Shown: positions 31,551-41,651 of the stretch, piece by piece
Layout: each line of letters starts with the position of its first letter
How positions within the stretch are numbered: the stretch's first letter is position 1
Source of the DNA: Candidatus Latescibacterota bacterium
Lineage (GTDB): Bacteria > Latescibacterota > UBA2968 > GCA-2709665
Direction of reading: 5' to 3'
DNA length: 64,000 nt
NCBI GenBank assembly: GCA_965219455.1
Contig: OZ244744.1
Span: forward strand, 2,400,001 to 2,464,000
Made by a program: the position numbers and the translations under genes
The notes under the pieces: model-generated
Database searches by the model: none
What the model was told of the DNA's origin: nothing
The model's input: the letters and a program-made list of their open reading frames with translations, nothing else

Positions 31551-33995
31551 GTGAGCAAACGCAAGAAAAGAGTCCCGGGACGATCCGGAACGCCTCGGCC
31601 GGAACCCTCGAAAACCCTCCGGGAACGCATCGCACCTTGCCTCGACTCTCCGTGGGCCCCGGTCGTGTTCTTTCTGCTCCTGAGCGTGGTCTACTTCGCC
31701 GGATTCGTCTTCACCGACCACGTCATCCTCGGACAGGACACGGGAAGAGAATTTCACAAGGGACGGGAGCCTTTCATGGAAAAACTGGCCAACCTGTCCC
31801 CCGCCAACTGGATGCGGTATCTCGGCGGCACCCCCGTGACCGGACAACGGACAACGGATTATTTCCCGCTCGAGATCATCGCCCTGTTTACAACCCGGCA
31901 CCGCCTTCTCGGCTGGCGGTATTTCTTCGCCATGTTCATGGCCGGCTATTTTATGTACCTCTGTATCCGCGGCCTCGGTCTGAAACCTCTCACCTCCTGG
32001 CTCACGGGTATCGCTTACGCCTCGACGCCCACCCTGCTCACCTTCATCTACGCCGGCCATGAAGCCAAAATGCTGGTCATCGGCCTTTTTCCATTGATGG
32101 TCTGGGGGTTGTACCGCGGCATGGAAACCGGCCGCCTCATCTACTACCTCGTTGTGGCCTTTGCCATCGGCGCGGGCATCTTCACGGGCCACCTCCAGAT
32201 GCTCTATTATGCCCTTTGCGGACTGGGCATCATTTTCGCCGCGAGGCTCGTCCATCTCTACTATAGCGAAAGAGACATCGCAGTCGCCCTCCGCCGAAGC
32301 CTCCTCAGCGCAGGGGCGATCTGCTTAGGCCTTGGAATCGGCGCTATGGGCGTGTTCCCCCAATACTGGTACACCCGAACGGAATCCAGGCGGGCGTTAG
32401 GTGACGGCGAGGGCAAAGGCCTCGAATACGCGCAAACGTGGTCGCTACACCCCGAGGAAATCGCATCGCTGGTTATCCCGGAATTCGCGCACTTCGACGA
32501 TCCGGACCGGAGACAACGAAACTACTGGGGCCGCAATCCCTTTAAGCTCAACTCGGAATATTTCGGCATCGCCGTACTCTTCTTCGCCGCCTTCGCTCTG
32601 CGCCGCGTCCGCCGCGACCCCCGAATCCGGATCTTTCTCCTGCTCTTTATCTTCGCCCTCGCATTCGCTCTGGGACCCCATACCTTTCTGCATGGATTCG
32701 CTTACCGCTATATTCCCGGAATGAAAGTGCTCCGAGCACCGGGCATGATCGCGTTTCTGTTCGCCTTCCCCGCCTGCGTTCTGGCCGCCATCGGTTTGCA
32801 GCGCGTTCTTTACCCGACCGACGTTTCTTCTCGATGGCGGCGCAATCTCGCCATCGGCGGCGGCGCGGCCGTGATCCTCCTGCTGGGCGTTGCCCTGGCG
32901 CCCCAGGCCGCCGTAAACGCATGGACCGGCCTTTTCTGGAGCGATATTCCGGATTCAGCCGTCCGGGTCGCGCAGGCGAACGCCCCGAACCTCAGCCGGG
33001 GCGCCATGCTTGCCGCCATGCTCGTGGCGGTCCTGACCTTCCTCACGTGGAAACGCCTGGGCGGCGCTGTATCCCCCGGCGTCTACGGATGCCTTCTGAT
33101 ACCCCTCATGCTCTTCGACACCTGGCGGATCGACCGGCAATTCCTCCGGTATTTCGACACGGGACTACAGCCGCCGCCCGAACGCGTCTACGGCGACGCC
33201 CTGCGTTACTTCAATCAGGACCCGGACCTGTACCGCGTGCTATTCGTATCGCAACACGCGGTGCCCCCGCCGCATATGGGCGCCGGTAAACGGACGATTA
33301 TCGACCGAGTCCGCGTGGACTATCACGAACCCTTTGCCATGCTGCGTTACGACCGGATCACCGAACCCCAACACCTCCGGCACTTCCCCATCCTGAATCT
33401 GCTGAACACCCGTTACGTCGTGACCCGGGAGCCCTTCCCGGGCTCGCCGGCATCCCTGGTCGCCAACGGCCTGCATATCTACAGGAACGACTTCGCGCTT
33501 CCGTGGTTCTACCTGGCGCCGCGTTACCGAATCGAAACCGACGAGGCCCGCATCCTCGAACTGCTGTCGGGGCCCGGGTTCAAGCCCGAAGACACCGTTA
33601 TCCTCGAGACCGAGCCGGACGGTTTTTCGGCCGACGGTGCGGACACGCGATCACAGGACCACATCGAAACGGTGGCGTACGACGAACGCATGGGACATAT
33701 CGAACTCAACGTAACGGCCGGCGGACCCCGCCTGCTGGTGGTCTCCGAGAATTACCACCCCTTCTGGCACGCCTACGTGGACGGCAAGGAGCGGCCGCTG
33801 TTCAGAGCAAACTACACCTGGAAGGCGGTTGCCGTGCCCGCGGGCGAACACCGGGTCGAACTCCGCTTCCACGATCCCATCGCCACGGCATGCCGCTGGA
33901 TCACCCTCCTTTCCACCCTCTTCACCATCGCCTTCGCCGCCGGCTGGTACTGGCGGCAACGTTCCCGGAACCCGGCCACCGCCACTGCGGAGTAA
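31551..33995 (+). CDS. YfhO-like polytopic membrane protein (putative GT-C glycosyltransferase)
   Basis: GTG start 31551; many TMs; AGHEAK, HLQMLYY, WSLHPEE; C-terminal LVVSENYHPFWHAYVDG..ANY...AVAVPAGEHRVELRF. Confidence 0.82.
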   Translation: MSKRKKRVPGRSGTPRPEPSKTLRERIAPCLDSPWAPVVFFLLLSVVYFAGFVFTDHVILGQDTGREFHKGREPFMEKLANLSPANWMRYLGGTPVTGQRTTDYFPLEIIALFTTRHRLLGWRYFFAMFMAGYFMYLCIRGLGLKPLTSWLTGIAYASTPTLLTFIYAGHEAKMLVIGLFPLMVWGLYRGMETGRLIYYLVVAFAIGAGIFTGHLQMLYYALCGLGIIFAARLVHLYYSERDIAVALRRSLLSAGAICLGLGIGAMGVFPQYWYTRTESRRALGDGEGKGLEYAQTWSLHPEEIASLVIPEFAHFDDPDRRQRNYWGRNPFKLNSEYFGIAVLFFAAFALRRVRRDPRIRIFLLLFIFALAFALGPHTFLHGFAYRYIPGMKVLRAPGMIAFLFAFPACVLAAIGLQRVLYPTDVSSRWRRNLAIGGGAAVILLLGVALAPQAAVNAWTGLFWSDIPDSAVRVAQANAPNLSRGAMLAAMLVAVLTFLTWKRLGGAVSPGVYGCLLIPLMLFDTWRIDRQFLRYFDTGLQPPPERVYGDALRYFNQDPDLYRVLFVSQHAVPPPHMGAGKRTIIDRVRVDYHEPFAMLRYDRITEPQHLRHFPILNLLNTRYVVTREPFPGSPASLVANGLHIYRNDFALPWFYLAPRYRIETDEARILELLSGPGFKPEDTVILETEPDGFSADGADTRSQDHIETVAYDERMGHIELNVTAGGPRLLVVSENYHPFWHAYVDGKERPLFRANYTWKAVAVPAGEHRVELRFHDPIATACRWITLLSTLFTIAFAAGWYWRQRSRNPATATAE

Positions 33996-33998
33996 TCC

Positions 33999-35438
33999 AT
34001 GGGCGGCAAGTCACCGGTCAGACGGATCGCCGGCAACACCGCGGTCCAGGTATTCGGACGAACCATCGAGTTCGGGATCTTTCTGTTCCTCGTCCATTAT
34101 CTCGACCTGAAGGCGTTCGGCGCGTACTCGTTCATCCTGACCAACCTCATGCTGTGGAGTGTGCTGGCGGACGCAGGCACCTTTAACGTCCTGGTACGAG
34201 AGACCGCGAGCCGCGAGAATGCCGACCGGCTTCTGGGGAATGCCTTATCGATCGGGCTGATCGGTTCCGTGGCCGCCGTTCTGACTTCAAACGCATATCT
34301 CTATTTTACAGGCCAGGGCGTGGAAATCCTCATGCCCGCGTTCATCGCCTCGCTCACTTTGTTCGTATCGCCGCGGCTGAACGCCTTCCGCAGGATGTTC
34401 CAGGTGCGGTTTCAGGCCGAACTCAAAATGGGATACGTGGTGGCGTGGAACACCGCCTCCCACCTTCTCATGGCCGGCCTGCTTGTCGTTGTTGTTCTCA
34501 ACAACGGCTTTCTTACCGCCATCTTCTGCGCGCTGATCGCCGCTGAGATCCTCTCATTTGCCGGTCTGTGCGTTACGCACCGGCGTCTATTCAAACTTCC
34601 CCGGTTCCGGTTCGATCCACAAGTCGTCAAAACTCTGCTGCGGCAGAGCATCCCGCTGATGCTGGCCTCGATCTGCGCCACCGTCCACGACAAAATCGGC
34701 ATCATGATGCTCGAGTCCTTCAAGGACAAGGAGGCCGTGGGGCTCTACAACATGGCGGCGCGAATTCCGGACAGCCTGCCCTTTATCGCCTCGATATTCA
34801 TCGCCTCCGTCTTCCCCGTGATGGTGAGGCATCGGGAGACCGATCCCGTTGCGTTCGACAGAATCTACCGCCGCAGCGCGCGGTATCTGCTGCTTTTTAT
34901 CGTCCCCGTCGCCGGCTTTTGCACCCTCACCTCCCCTGACATCCTGAACCTGCTCTTTCCCGGCCGGATTCCGGAAGCCATGTTCGGCCACGCCAGCGGA
35001 ACGCTCGTCCTGCTTGTCTGGGCAATGGTTTTCAAATACGTGGGCACGGCCTTCAGTTTCCTGATCATAGCCGTCGGCCAGGAAAAACGCCGGCTCATCT
35101 GCCTCGGCGCGGCCGCGCTGCTTGGCATTCTTCTGAACATCATCCTCATCCCCGCCCACCACATCCTCGGATCGGCTACGGCCGTCCTGATCGGGTCCAT
35201 CGCGTATCCGGTTGCGGGGCTCTTCTTCCCGCCATTGCGAAAATATGCGGTTACGCTGGGCGCCGCCGCCGCCAAACCGCTGCTGGCAACCCTGCTGACG
35301 GCACTTTGCGTCGTTGCCATCAGGGAACACTTCTTCGTCGCCGGCGTGGTGGGCTTAGTCGTCTACGGCGCGCTGATCTTCCTGTTAAAGGGCGTCACCC
35401 GGGACGACCTCGCCCTGCTGAAGGAGCTGCGTAAATAG
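33999..35438 (+). CDS. Wzx-type oligosaccharide flippase
   Basis: ~14 TMs; RIAGNT, FGAYS, ADAG, AVGLYNMA, LNIILIP..ILGSATA. Confidence 0.88.
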   Translation: MGGKSPVRRIAGNTAVQVFGRTIEFGIFLFLVHYLDLKAFGAYSFILTNLMLWSVLADAGTFNVLVRETASRENADRLLGNALSIGLIGSVAAVLTSNAYLYFTGQGVEILMPAFIASLTLFVSPRLNAFRRMFQVRFQAELKMGYVVAWNTASHLLMAGLLVVVVLNNGFLTAIFCALIAAEILSFAGLCVTHRRLFKLPRFRFDPQVVKTLLRQSIPLMLASICATVHDKIGIMMLESFKDKEAVGLYNMAARIPDSLPFIASIFIASVFPVMVRHRETDPVAFDRIYRRSARYLLLFIVPVAGFCTLTSPDILNLLFPGRIPEAMFGHASGTLVLLVWAMVFKYVGTAFSFLIIAVGQEKRRLICLGAAALLGILLNIILIPAHHILGSATAVLIGSIAYPVAGLFFPPLRKYAVTLGAAAAKPLLATLLTALCVVAIREHFFVAGVVGLVVYGALIFLLKGVTRDDLALLKELRK

Positions 35439-36314
35439 CGGTCAGCTATCAGCCGTTAGCCGTCAGCTTGATTCAAAAACCCAATGCGTTGACGTCAGCG
35501 TTATTGTGTGGACCGCCGCGACGGGCGCAGACCTCTCCCCCCAAGCCCAAGTCCCTCACCCCCCAACCCCCTCTCCCACAGGGAGAGGGGGAAAAACCGG
35601 GAAAACCGGCCCCACACGGAGACACGAAGACACAAGAAGACACAAAGGGAAAGGCGGAGAGAGGGGGAGGGTTAGCGATATGGGCCTGGCGATGCCAATC
35701 AGAGATGTGCACGCCACAACGTGGGCGACCGGCCGGTCGCCCCTACAAATGCAACGACGCCGCGGGACCTCTCCCCCGGCCCCCTCTCCTGCAGGAGAGG
35801 GGGAGAAGGCGACATGGCCTGGCGATGTCAATCGGCCAATTCCGCGGCTTCATAGATCATCCTGTCGCCCGCACGGTGGTGGAGCGGGGGGTTTTGCCGC
35901 GTAATTCCGTCCAGCACCGCAGTACTGGTACACCTGAAGGGTTTGCAGGGCACCCAATTTCCGTTCCTGCCCCTGAGGCAATTCGCGGAAAAACCGGCTC
36001 CGCCTGCCTGTGCGTGTCCGCACGCAGACAGGTGCCAAACGGCGCCGTTCTTTTTGGTCCTTTTTCGCGAGAAAGAAAAAGGACGAAGAGAAAAAAAAGT
36101 GAAGGGAGCGGAAGAGCCTGTGTCCGCCCGGAACGCAGTTCCAAAAAAACGAAAGAGGTAAGAAGGGAGAAGTGAGAGGACCACACCCCACCACACTGGA
36201 AATACGGCACAACGAGGGCTGGAAGCCGTCGGTCCCGGGGACCTCTACCACCATCCCCGCGGCGTCCGAGCAGGGCCAAGTGCACGCAACGGCCGATGAG
36301 TTCCTTTGCGCCGG

Positions 36315-37097
36315 TCAGTCGTTTCCGGCGTCGATCTCCGCATCGGGCTTCCGCAGCAGCGCCCCCTTTCCGCCGGCGCGAACGAACGGGAGACCGTGCC
36401 GGTCGATGAACTCGCGGCAGGCCTGCAAAGCGCCGTCGAACCAGGCGGGCTCAACGCAGTCGTCCAGAACGACGCCTCCGCCGGGAACGATCAGGGGCCA
36501 GAGGGCTTCCAACGTCGCCGCCGTGGGCAGGTAGAGGTCTACGTCGAGGAAGACCGCGCCAATAGGGCCAATTTCTTTCCAGTCCACCTCCGAGCAGTCG
36601 CCCTCGATGATGCGGTAGTTGGTATAGCCGAGACGAGCAAGGCTGTGATTGAAGACCCTGGCGCTGCCATAGGAGTAGTCAGAGATCTCGGCGGCGCGCT
36701 TCCGCCGGTTCGTCACCTCGTAGTCAATGCTCTCCGGGGTGAAGCCGTTGAAGGTATCAACGAACACCAGAGTGCGCGGATCGCCGGTGGTCCTCAGGTG
36801 CTCCAGAAGAAAAACTGACGTGTCTCCCCGCGCGACGCCGATCTCCACGATGGCTCCACCGGTTCCGCGGGTGGCGTCGATCAGCCCGACCATGGCGGAT
36901 AGTTCGCCCGGATCGACCCAATAGCGGTATTCGGGGAGCATCACGTTGCGGAGCACCGGCAACCGGTAGACGATGCGCTTGATCAAGGTCATGACCCTGC
37001 GGGCCCGACGGTTCAGGAAGTAAACCAACGACCTCGATGCACCGACACCGGTGAACCGTGGTATGCGTGGCGAAGACGGGGTTGGGGACGACGGCAT
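36315..37097 (-). CDS. TylF/MycF/NovP-family sugar O-methyltransferase
   Basis: VEIGVARG, DTFNGF, FLDVDLY, GGGVVLDD; AAGGA RBS before ATG 37097. Confidence 0.85.
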   Translation of the reverse strand: MPSSPTPSSPRIPRFTGVGASRSLVYFLNRRARRVMTLIKRIVYRLPVLRNVMLPEYRYWVDPGELSAMVGLIDATRGTGGAIVEIGVARGDTSVFLLEHLRTTGDPRTLVFVDTFNGFTPESIDYEVTNRRKRAAEISDYSYGSARVFNHSLARLGYTNYRIIEGDCSEVDWKEIGPIGAVFLDVDLYLPTAATLEALWPLIVPGGGVVLDDCVEPAWFDGALQACREFIDRHGLPFVRAGGKGALLRKPDAEIDAGND

Positions 37098-37141
37098 GGG
37101 TATAATCCTTAATTCAGATGGAAGATTTCAAACGATTTCTG

Positions 37142-37170
37142 AATTTAAACCACCTTCCGCGTTGTGTCAA
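37142..37170 (-). promoter_or_regulatory. Putative sigma-70 promoter of the O-methyltransferase
   Basis: Minus strand TTGACA-N17-TAAATT, 45 bp upstream of the ATG. Confidence 0.55.
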
Positions 37171-37713
37171 CGGTTTCAGTCCGCTGCCAGCGCAAGCCTA
37201 TATCTGTAAAGGTGTCGCTTTCGTAATCAGCGTGGCTTCCTCTGAGCGAGGAGCGATCAGCCATCAGCAGTCAACTGAAACCGGTTAGCGATATGGCTTG
37301 GTGGGGTCAATCTGCCAATGCCTGGATTTTGCAGGGGCGGTTCGCGAACCGCCCCTGCGTTTTGTTGGATGCTGATCGGATTTGGTTTATCATATCCATG
37401 ACGTGACGTGGGGGAACCTCTCCCCCCGGCCCCCTCTCCTGCGAGGAGAGGGGGAGAAGGCGAAAAAACGGGGAGACGGGAGAGGGACACCGCGCGCCCA
37501 ACGGATATCGATACCGCAAGGCGAAGTCGACCGGCTAGTTGCGCGACGCGAAGAGGGCAACCCAGTGGGTTGCCCCTACAAATGCGACGACGGCGTTCCA
37601 CCGCATTGGATTGTCCCTGTCGCATTTTGCGCCAGCCTCAACAAGGTGGTGTCGAGGGGGCATGGCTCAAACCAGGGTATCAATTGCTATCATCCAAAAT
37701 TGGGAGACGCGGT

Positions 37714-38442
37714 ATGGTATCCAATAAATTGGTTCCGGATTATGTAGAAGACGCCGCAGAGGTGTTCAATCGCGACGGTTTCCTGATCGCGAAGGGCCTT
37801 TATGCTCCGGAACAGATGCTGGACTGGAAGACGCGTATTGTCGGCATCCTGGAGGCGGGCGGTCATATCAGCACGGACCCGGCGTCTACCGGCGTCCACG
37901 TATTCATGCCGGAGACGCTGAACCCCTTCTTCCGGGACCGGATGAAAGACGACTGCGTGGCTTCCATCCTGAACCGGATTATCGGCCCGAACGTGGAGTT
38001 TCTGAGCGTTAAGTCGGTTTACAAGAACAAATTCACTCGGTTCAGTTCGCCCTGGCACCAGGACTGGTACTACTGGAAAGGCGCCAACAAGATTTCGGTG
38101 TGGATCGCCCTGGACGACGCCACGCCGGAAAACGGCTGCCTGAAGATGATCTCAGGCAGCCATTTCAAGCGGTTCAAGGTGAAACAGGTCAAGGCACAAA
38201 ACGGATTCGGGTGGCGTATCGGAAATGAAGAGATCGTCGGACTTCCTGAGACCACGCTTGCGGTTAGCCGTGGCGACGCTGTTTTCTTTCACGATCAGAC
38301 CCTGCACAGTTCCTATCCGAATACCACGGGCGCTGACCGCTGGAGCTTTATTTCCACCTATCGCGATGCATCCGTGCAGGACGAATCGACCGTGTGGAAG
38401 CATCCGATGGTTGTCTCGGGCGAAAGTGTAAACGACGGTTGA
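37714..38442 (+). CDS. Phytanoyl-CoA dioxygenase (PhyH) family Fe(II)/2-oxoglutarate dioxygenase
   Basis: FNRDGFL, PWHQD, WIALDDATPENGCL..ISGSH, FFH..TLHSSYPN...DR; ATG 37714 chosen because the upstream ORF part is repeat DNA. Confidence 0.9.
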   Translation: MVSNKLVPDYVEDAAEVFNRDGFLIAKGLYAPEQMLDWKTRIVGILEAGGHISTDPASTGVHVFMPETLNPFFRDRMKDDCVASILNRIIGPNVEFLSVKSVYKNKFTRFSSPWHQDWYYWKGANKISVWIALDDATPENGCLKMISGSHFKRFKVKQVKAQNGFGWRIGNEEIVGLPETTLAVSRGDAVFFHDQTLHSSYPNTTGADRWSFISTYRDASVQDESTVWKHPMVVSGESVNDG

Positions 38443-38730
38443 CAGGCCGGCGAACGTGCCGCAAACTGCCAGTTTGCGGCACAGACAGGAATGTCTGCCC
38501 CACCCTCACATCGGCTTCTTGCACGTTGTAGGCGCAAGTGAGACGGGAACATTGCGCGAGTGGTGATTAGCTCAACTGTCATTCTCAGGGAACCTGAAGT
38601 GTGCGGACGTGCCGCCTGCCAGGTATCGACACGTACAAGCCGCGCTGTGATGATTCGATGCCGCAGTAGATCCTTCGTCGGCCTGGCGGCCTCCTCTGGA
38701 TGACAGGTTTGGCGATCGGGGGAAAGCGAC

Positions 38731-38760
38731 GTGGGCAGACAGGAATGTCTGCCCCACCTT
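38731..38760. repeat. GTGGG(G)CAGACAGGAATGTCTGCCCCAC palindromic REP
   Basis: Other copies at 38482-38504 and, interrupted by an insert, 26978-27038. Confidence 0.7.
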
Positions 38761-38865
38761 CAAACCGGCTTCCGCCACGCCCCTTCAAGGGGGGAGTGAT
38801 GCCGATATGCTGGCGATTGTCCCATCAAGTTGATATCCGGAAGTACGCGTGCGACAGATAAGTCG

Positions 38866-38895
38866 TTGACAAGAAAGCATGCGTCGGGGTATTTT
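38866..38895 (+). promoter_or_regulatory. Putative sigma-70 promoter of the addAB-like pair
   Basis: TTGACA-N18-TATTTT upstream of ATG 38942. Confidence 0.4.
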
Positions 38896-38941
38896 CTGAC
38901 GACGGAACATGCAAACGGGACGCGTAGGCGTCGGAGCAGCT

Positions 38942-41650
38942 ATGCCAGAAACAAAACATGACCTGAAATTGAATTCGCAATGGCGCAGGACGGTGGTGGT
39001 GGAAGGCCGGTACGCGCGGCGGTGGCATCAGACGCAAGCAGCCATTGAAGGCGAACAGGGACTGCTGGTTGTATCAATGGAGGAGTTGGCCGCACGGCTT
39101 GCCGGAGGATTCCTCCGATCCATCCGTACCGATATTCTCAAGGCACGGTTGGAGGACGCTGCCGCCGCCGGATCACTCGAGGAACTGGATACAATCAAGC
39201 GCCTTCCCGGGTTTCGACGAGCAGCCGCGGCCACCCTGTCAAAGGCCTGGCGGGCGGGCCTGGTGATGGACCGGAACGATTCAACCCGCACCGGGTCCCT
39301 GGCGACCCTGGAACGGGAGGTGCGTTCCAGACTGCCGAAAAATCAACTCACGCAGGTTGAGCTGGCGAAGGCCGCGCTCAAGCGATTACACTTTGCCCCC
39401 GCCCTCTTTGGCCGCATAGAGATTCACGGCCGTACCGAGTTATCGCCGGTGTGGCGAAATCTGTTGTTGCGGCTCGCGAGAGAAACGGACGTGGCCTGGG
39501 TGGCCGGAGCCAGGCCGTTTCCGGACTGGATATCCGGATCGGACATCTCGATAGAAAAGACGACGCCCTCGAAACCCGAGATCCGCGCGGTGTCGTGCGC
39601 CACTCCCCGTCACGAAATACTGGAAGCCCTCCGTTGGGCGCGGCAACATCTGACGAAAGGAATACCCGCCCAACAGATCGCGATCGCGGCGGCATCACCT
39701 TCGGCGTGGGACGACCCTATGCTGGCCCTGGCGGGCGCCGCGAAGCTGTCGGTCCACTTCATTCACGGCAGGCCGGCCCTCGCGACCCGGGACGGGCAGC
39801 TCGCCGCGGCGCTTGCCGAAGTCCTCCTGCGCGGACTGTCCCGCTCTCGCATGGTCCGCTTCGTGAGTCTGCTTCGGTCTTGTGTCGGGCCTTTCCAATC
39901 TTTGCCGGAAGACTGGTGGGAAATCCTGCCGGACGACGCCCCGCTGCTCACCGCGGACCGATGGGACCAACTCCTGAACGAATTGACGCCGGAGGTCTTT
40001 TCCGACGGCAAAGATCACCGACCGCTGCTGCAGTATATCGTCAAGGCACTCCGCCTGGGCCTGGCCGAGGCGGAAGAAATAGGCGAGGCGCTCTTCAAAG
40101 ATTCCGAGGCGCTGGGGATCTGGAAAAGGGCCCTGTTGGAGGGGCCGCCTGCCGCTCTGGACGTGAGCCTTGCCATGCTCCGCATACAGGACGAGATAGA
40201 ACCGGGCGCTGCCGTCGTCTGGGGGCCGGCGTCGGCCATCGCGGCGTTTCCCCGGCCTTTCTGCCGGCTGGTCGGCCTCACCTCGCGCTCCTGGCCCCGG
40301 CGCGCCGGCGAGGACCCGCTGCTTCCCACTCACGTCATGCCGCAGGAGCGCCTGGATCCCCTGCCCATTCACGAATCGGATCGCCGTGATTTCGGAACGA
40401 TCTGCAGGATGGCGGACCACGAGGTCGTCTGTTCACGGGCGCGGAAGGACAGCGAGGGACGACTGAACGGCGTCTCGCCCCTCTTTCCGCAAGAAAAAGA
40501 AGAAGGATTCCTTGCCCAGAGCCGGGCGCCGGAGCATGCCGCAAGCCAGGGCGACCGGTTGGCGGCCAGACCCCGCGAATTCACCATGCTTCCATTGGCC
40601 CGGTCCGCCACCCGGACCTGGATTGACTGGCGAAGCGAGAAGCTGACGGCCCACGACGGTCTGATCAGGCAGGGCCATCCTATGCTGCTTCGGGCTCTGG
40701 AACGCACGCAATCCGCCAGTTCGCTGGTCAGACTGCTTCGAGATCCGCTGGGCTATCTGTGGACATACGGTTTCGGCTGGAAGGCGCCCGAGGAAACGGA
40801 AGAGCCGCTGACACTCGACGCACTCGCGTTCGGGGGGCTTCTGCACGAAATCCTCCAGCAGGCCGTAACCCGAATGGAGAACGCCGAAACGGGCGGATTC
40901 GCCGGCGCTTCCCGCGGCGACATCGAACGCGCGGCGTCATTGGCGGCAACCGAGGTTGCGGAACGATGGGCGTCCGGGCGGCCGGTACCGCCGCCCGTCA
41001 TCTGGGATCGGAAATGTGAAGAAGCGAGGTTGCTGGCAGTGGCCGCGCTGACCCGTGAGGAATCCGCTCTCCCGGGGCAGCGCACCTGGGCGGAAGTCCC
41101 GTTCGGAAACGTCTGGCGCGCCGAAACGCTCAGCCCGGAAACCCGCGCCGGGCTACCATGGGACCCCGCGGCGCCGGTCCACGTTGACGGCACGCAGATT
41201 CGAATCGGCGGTTACATCGACCGGCTGGACCTTGCGGTCGACCGGCGCCAGGCCCGCGTTACAGATTACAAATCGGGCAGGGTACCTGGCAAATCGCCTC
41301 AGATCCACGGAGGCGCGGAATTGCAGCGGTGCCTCTATAGCTTCGCCGTCAGGTCGCTCATCCCGACGCGGCCCGAGGTCGAGGCGCGCCTGGTCTATCC
41401 GCGCGGCGAGGATCAGTCCCTGGTCCTGGACGACACCGAGGAAACACTCGCAGACCTGGCGCAATATCTCGAAGCGGCCAGGACCCTCTTCGTGGGCGGC
41501 AAGGCGTTAAGCGGTCCTGACGCGGAGGAGAGGTGGTACGATCTTTCCCTGGCGCTTCCCGCGGGCGCGAAGAACGGCTATCTGAGAGCCAAGGGACCCC
41601 TGGTTAGAAGGGCACTCGCCCCGCTTCCGATCCTGTGGGAGACCCCCTGA
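38942..41650 (+). CDS. AddB-like protein: degenerate helicase region + C-terminal PD-(D/E)XK nuclease
   Basis: SASSL..LLRDP, FGGLLHEIL, AEVPFG, GYIDRLD, VTDYKSG, LQRCLY; immediately upstream of a UvrD-nuclease gene. Confidence 0.82.
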   Translation: MPETKHDLKLNSQWRRTVVVEGRYARRWHQTQAAIEGEQGLLVVSMEELAARLAGGFLRSIRTDILKARLEDAAAAGSLEELDTIKRLPGFRRAAAATLSKAWRAGLVMDRNDSTRTGSLATLEREVRSRLPKNQLTQVELAKAALKRLHFAPALFGRIEIHGRTELSPVWRNLLLRLARETDVAWVAGARPFPDWISGSDISIEKTTPSKPEIRAVSCATPRHEILEALRWARQHLTKGIPAQQIAIAAASPSAWDDPMLALAGAAKLSVHFIHGRPALATRDGQLAAALAEVLLRGLSRSRMVRFVSLLRSCVGPFQSLPEDWWEILPDDAPLLTADRWDQLLNELTPEVFSDGKDHRPLLQYIVKALRLGLAEAEEIGEALFKDSEALGIWKRALLEGPPAALDVSLAMLRIQDEIEPGAAVVWGPASAIAAFPRPFCRLVGLTSRSWPRRAGEDPLLPTHVMPQERLDPLPIHESDRRDFGTICRMADHEVVCSRARKDSEGRLNGVSPLFPQEKEEGFLAQSRAPEHAASQGDRLAARPREFTMLPLARSATRTWIDWRSEKLTAHDGLIRQGHPMLLRALERTQSASSLVRLLRDPLGYLWTYGFGWKAPEETEEPLTLDALAFGGLLHEILQQAVTRMENAETGGFAGASRGDIERAASLAATEVAERWASGRPVPPPVIWDRKCEEARLLAVAALTREESALPGQRTWAEVPFGNVWRAETLSPETRAGLPWDPAAPVHVDGTQIRIGGYIDRLDLAVDRRQARVTDYKSGRVPGKSPQIHGGAELQRCLYSFAVRSLIPTRPEVEARLVYPRGEDQSLVLDDTEETLADLAQYLEAARTLFVGGKALSGPDAEERWYDLSLALPAGAKNGYLRAKGPLVRRALAPLPILWETP

Positions 41651-41651
41651 G

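Noticed and set aside
35468-36285. Several 120-235 aa ORFs between the flippase and the O-methyltransferase
   Set aside because: They are translations of stacked palindromic repeats, with no coding signature.
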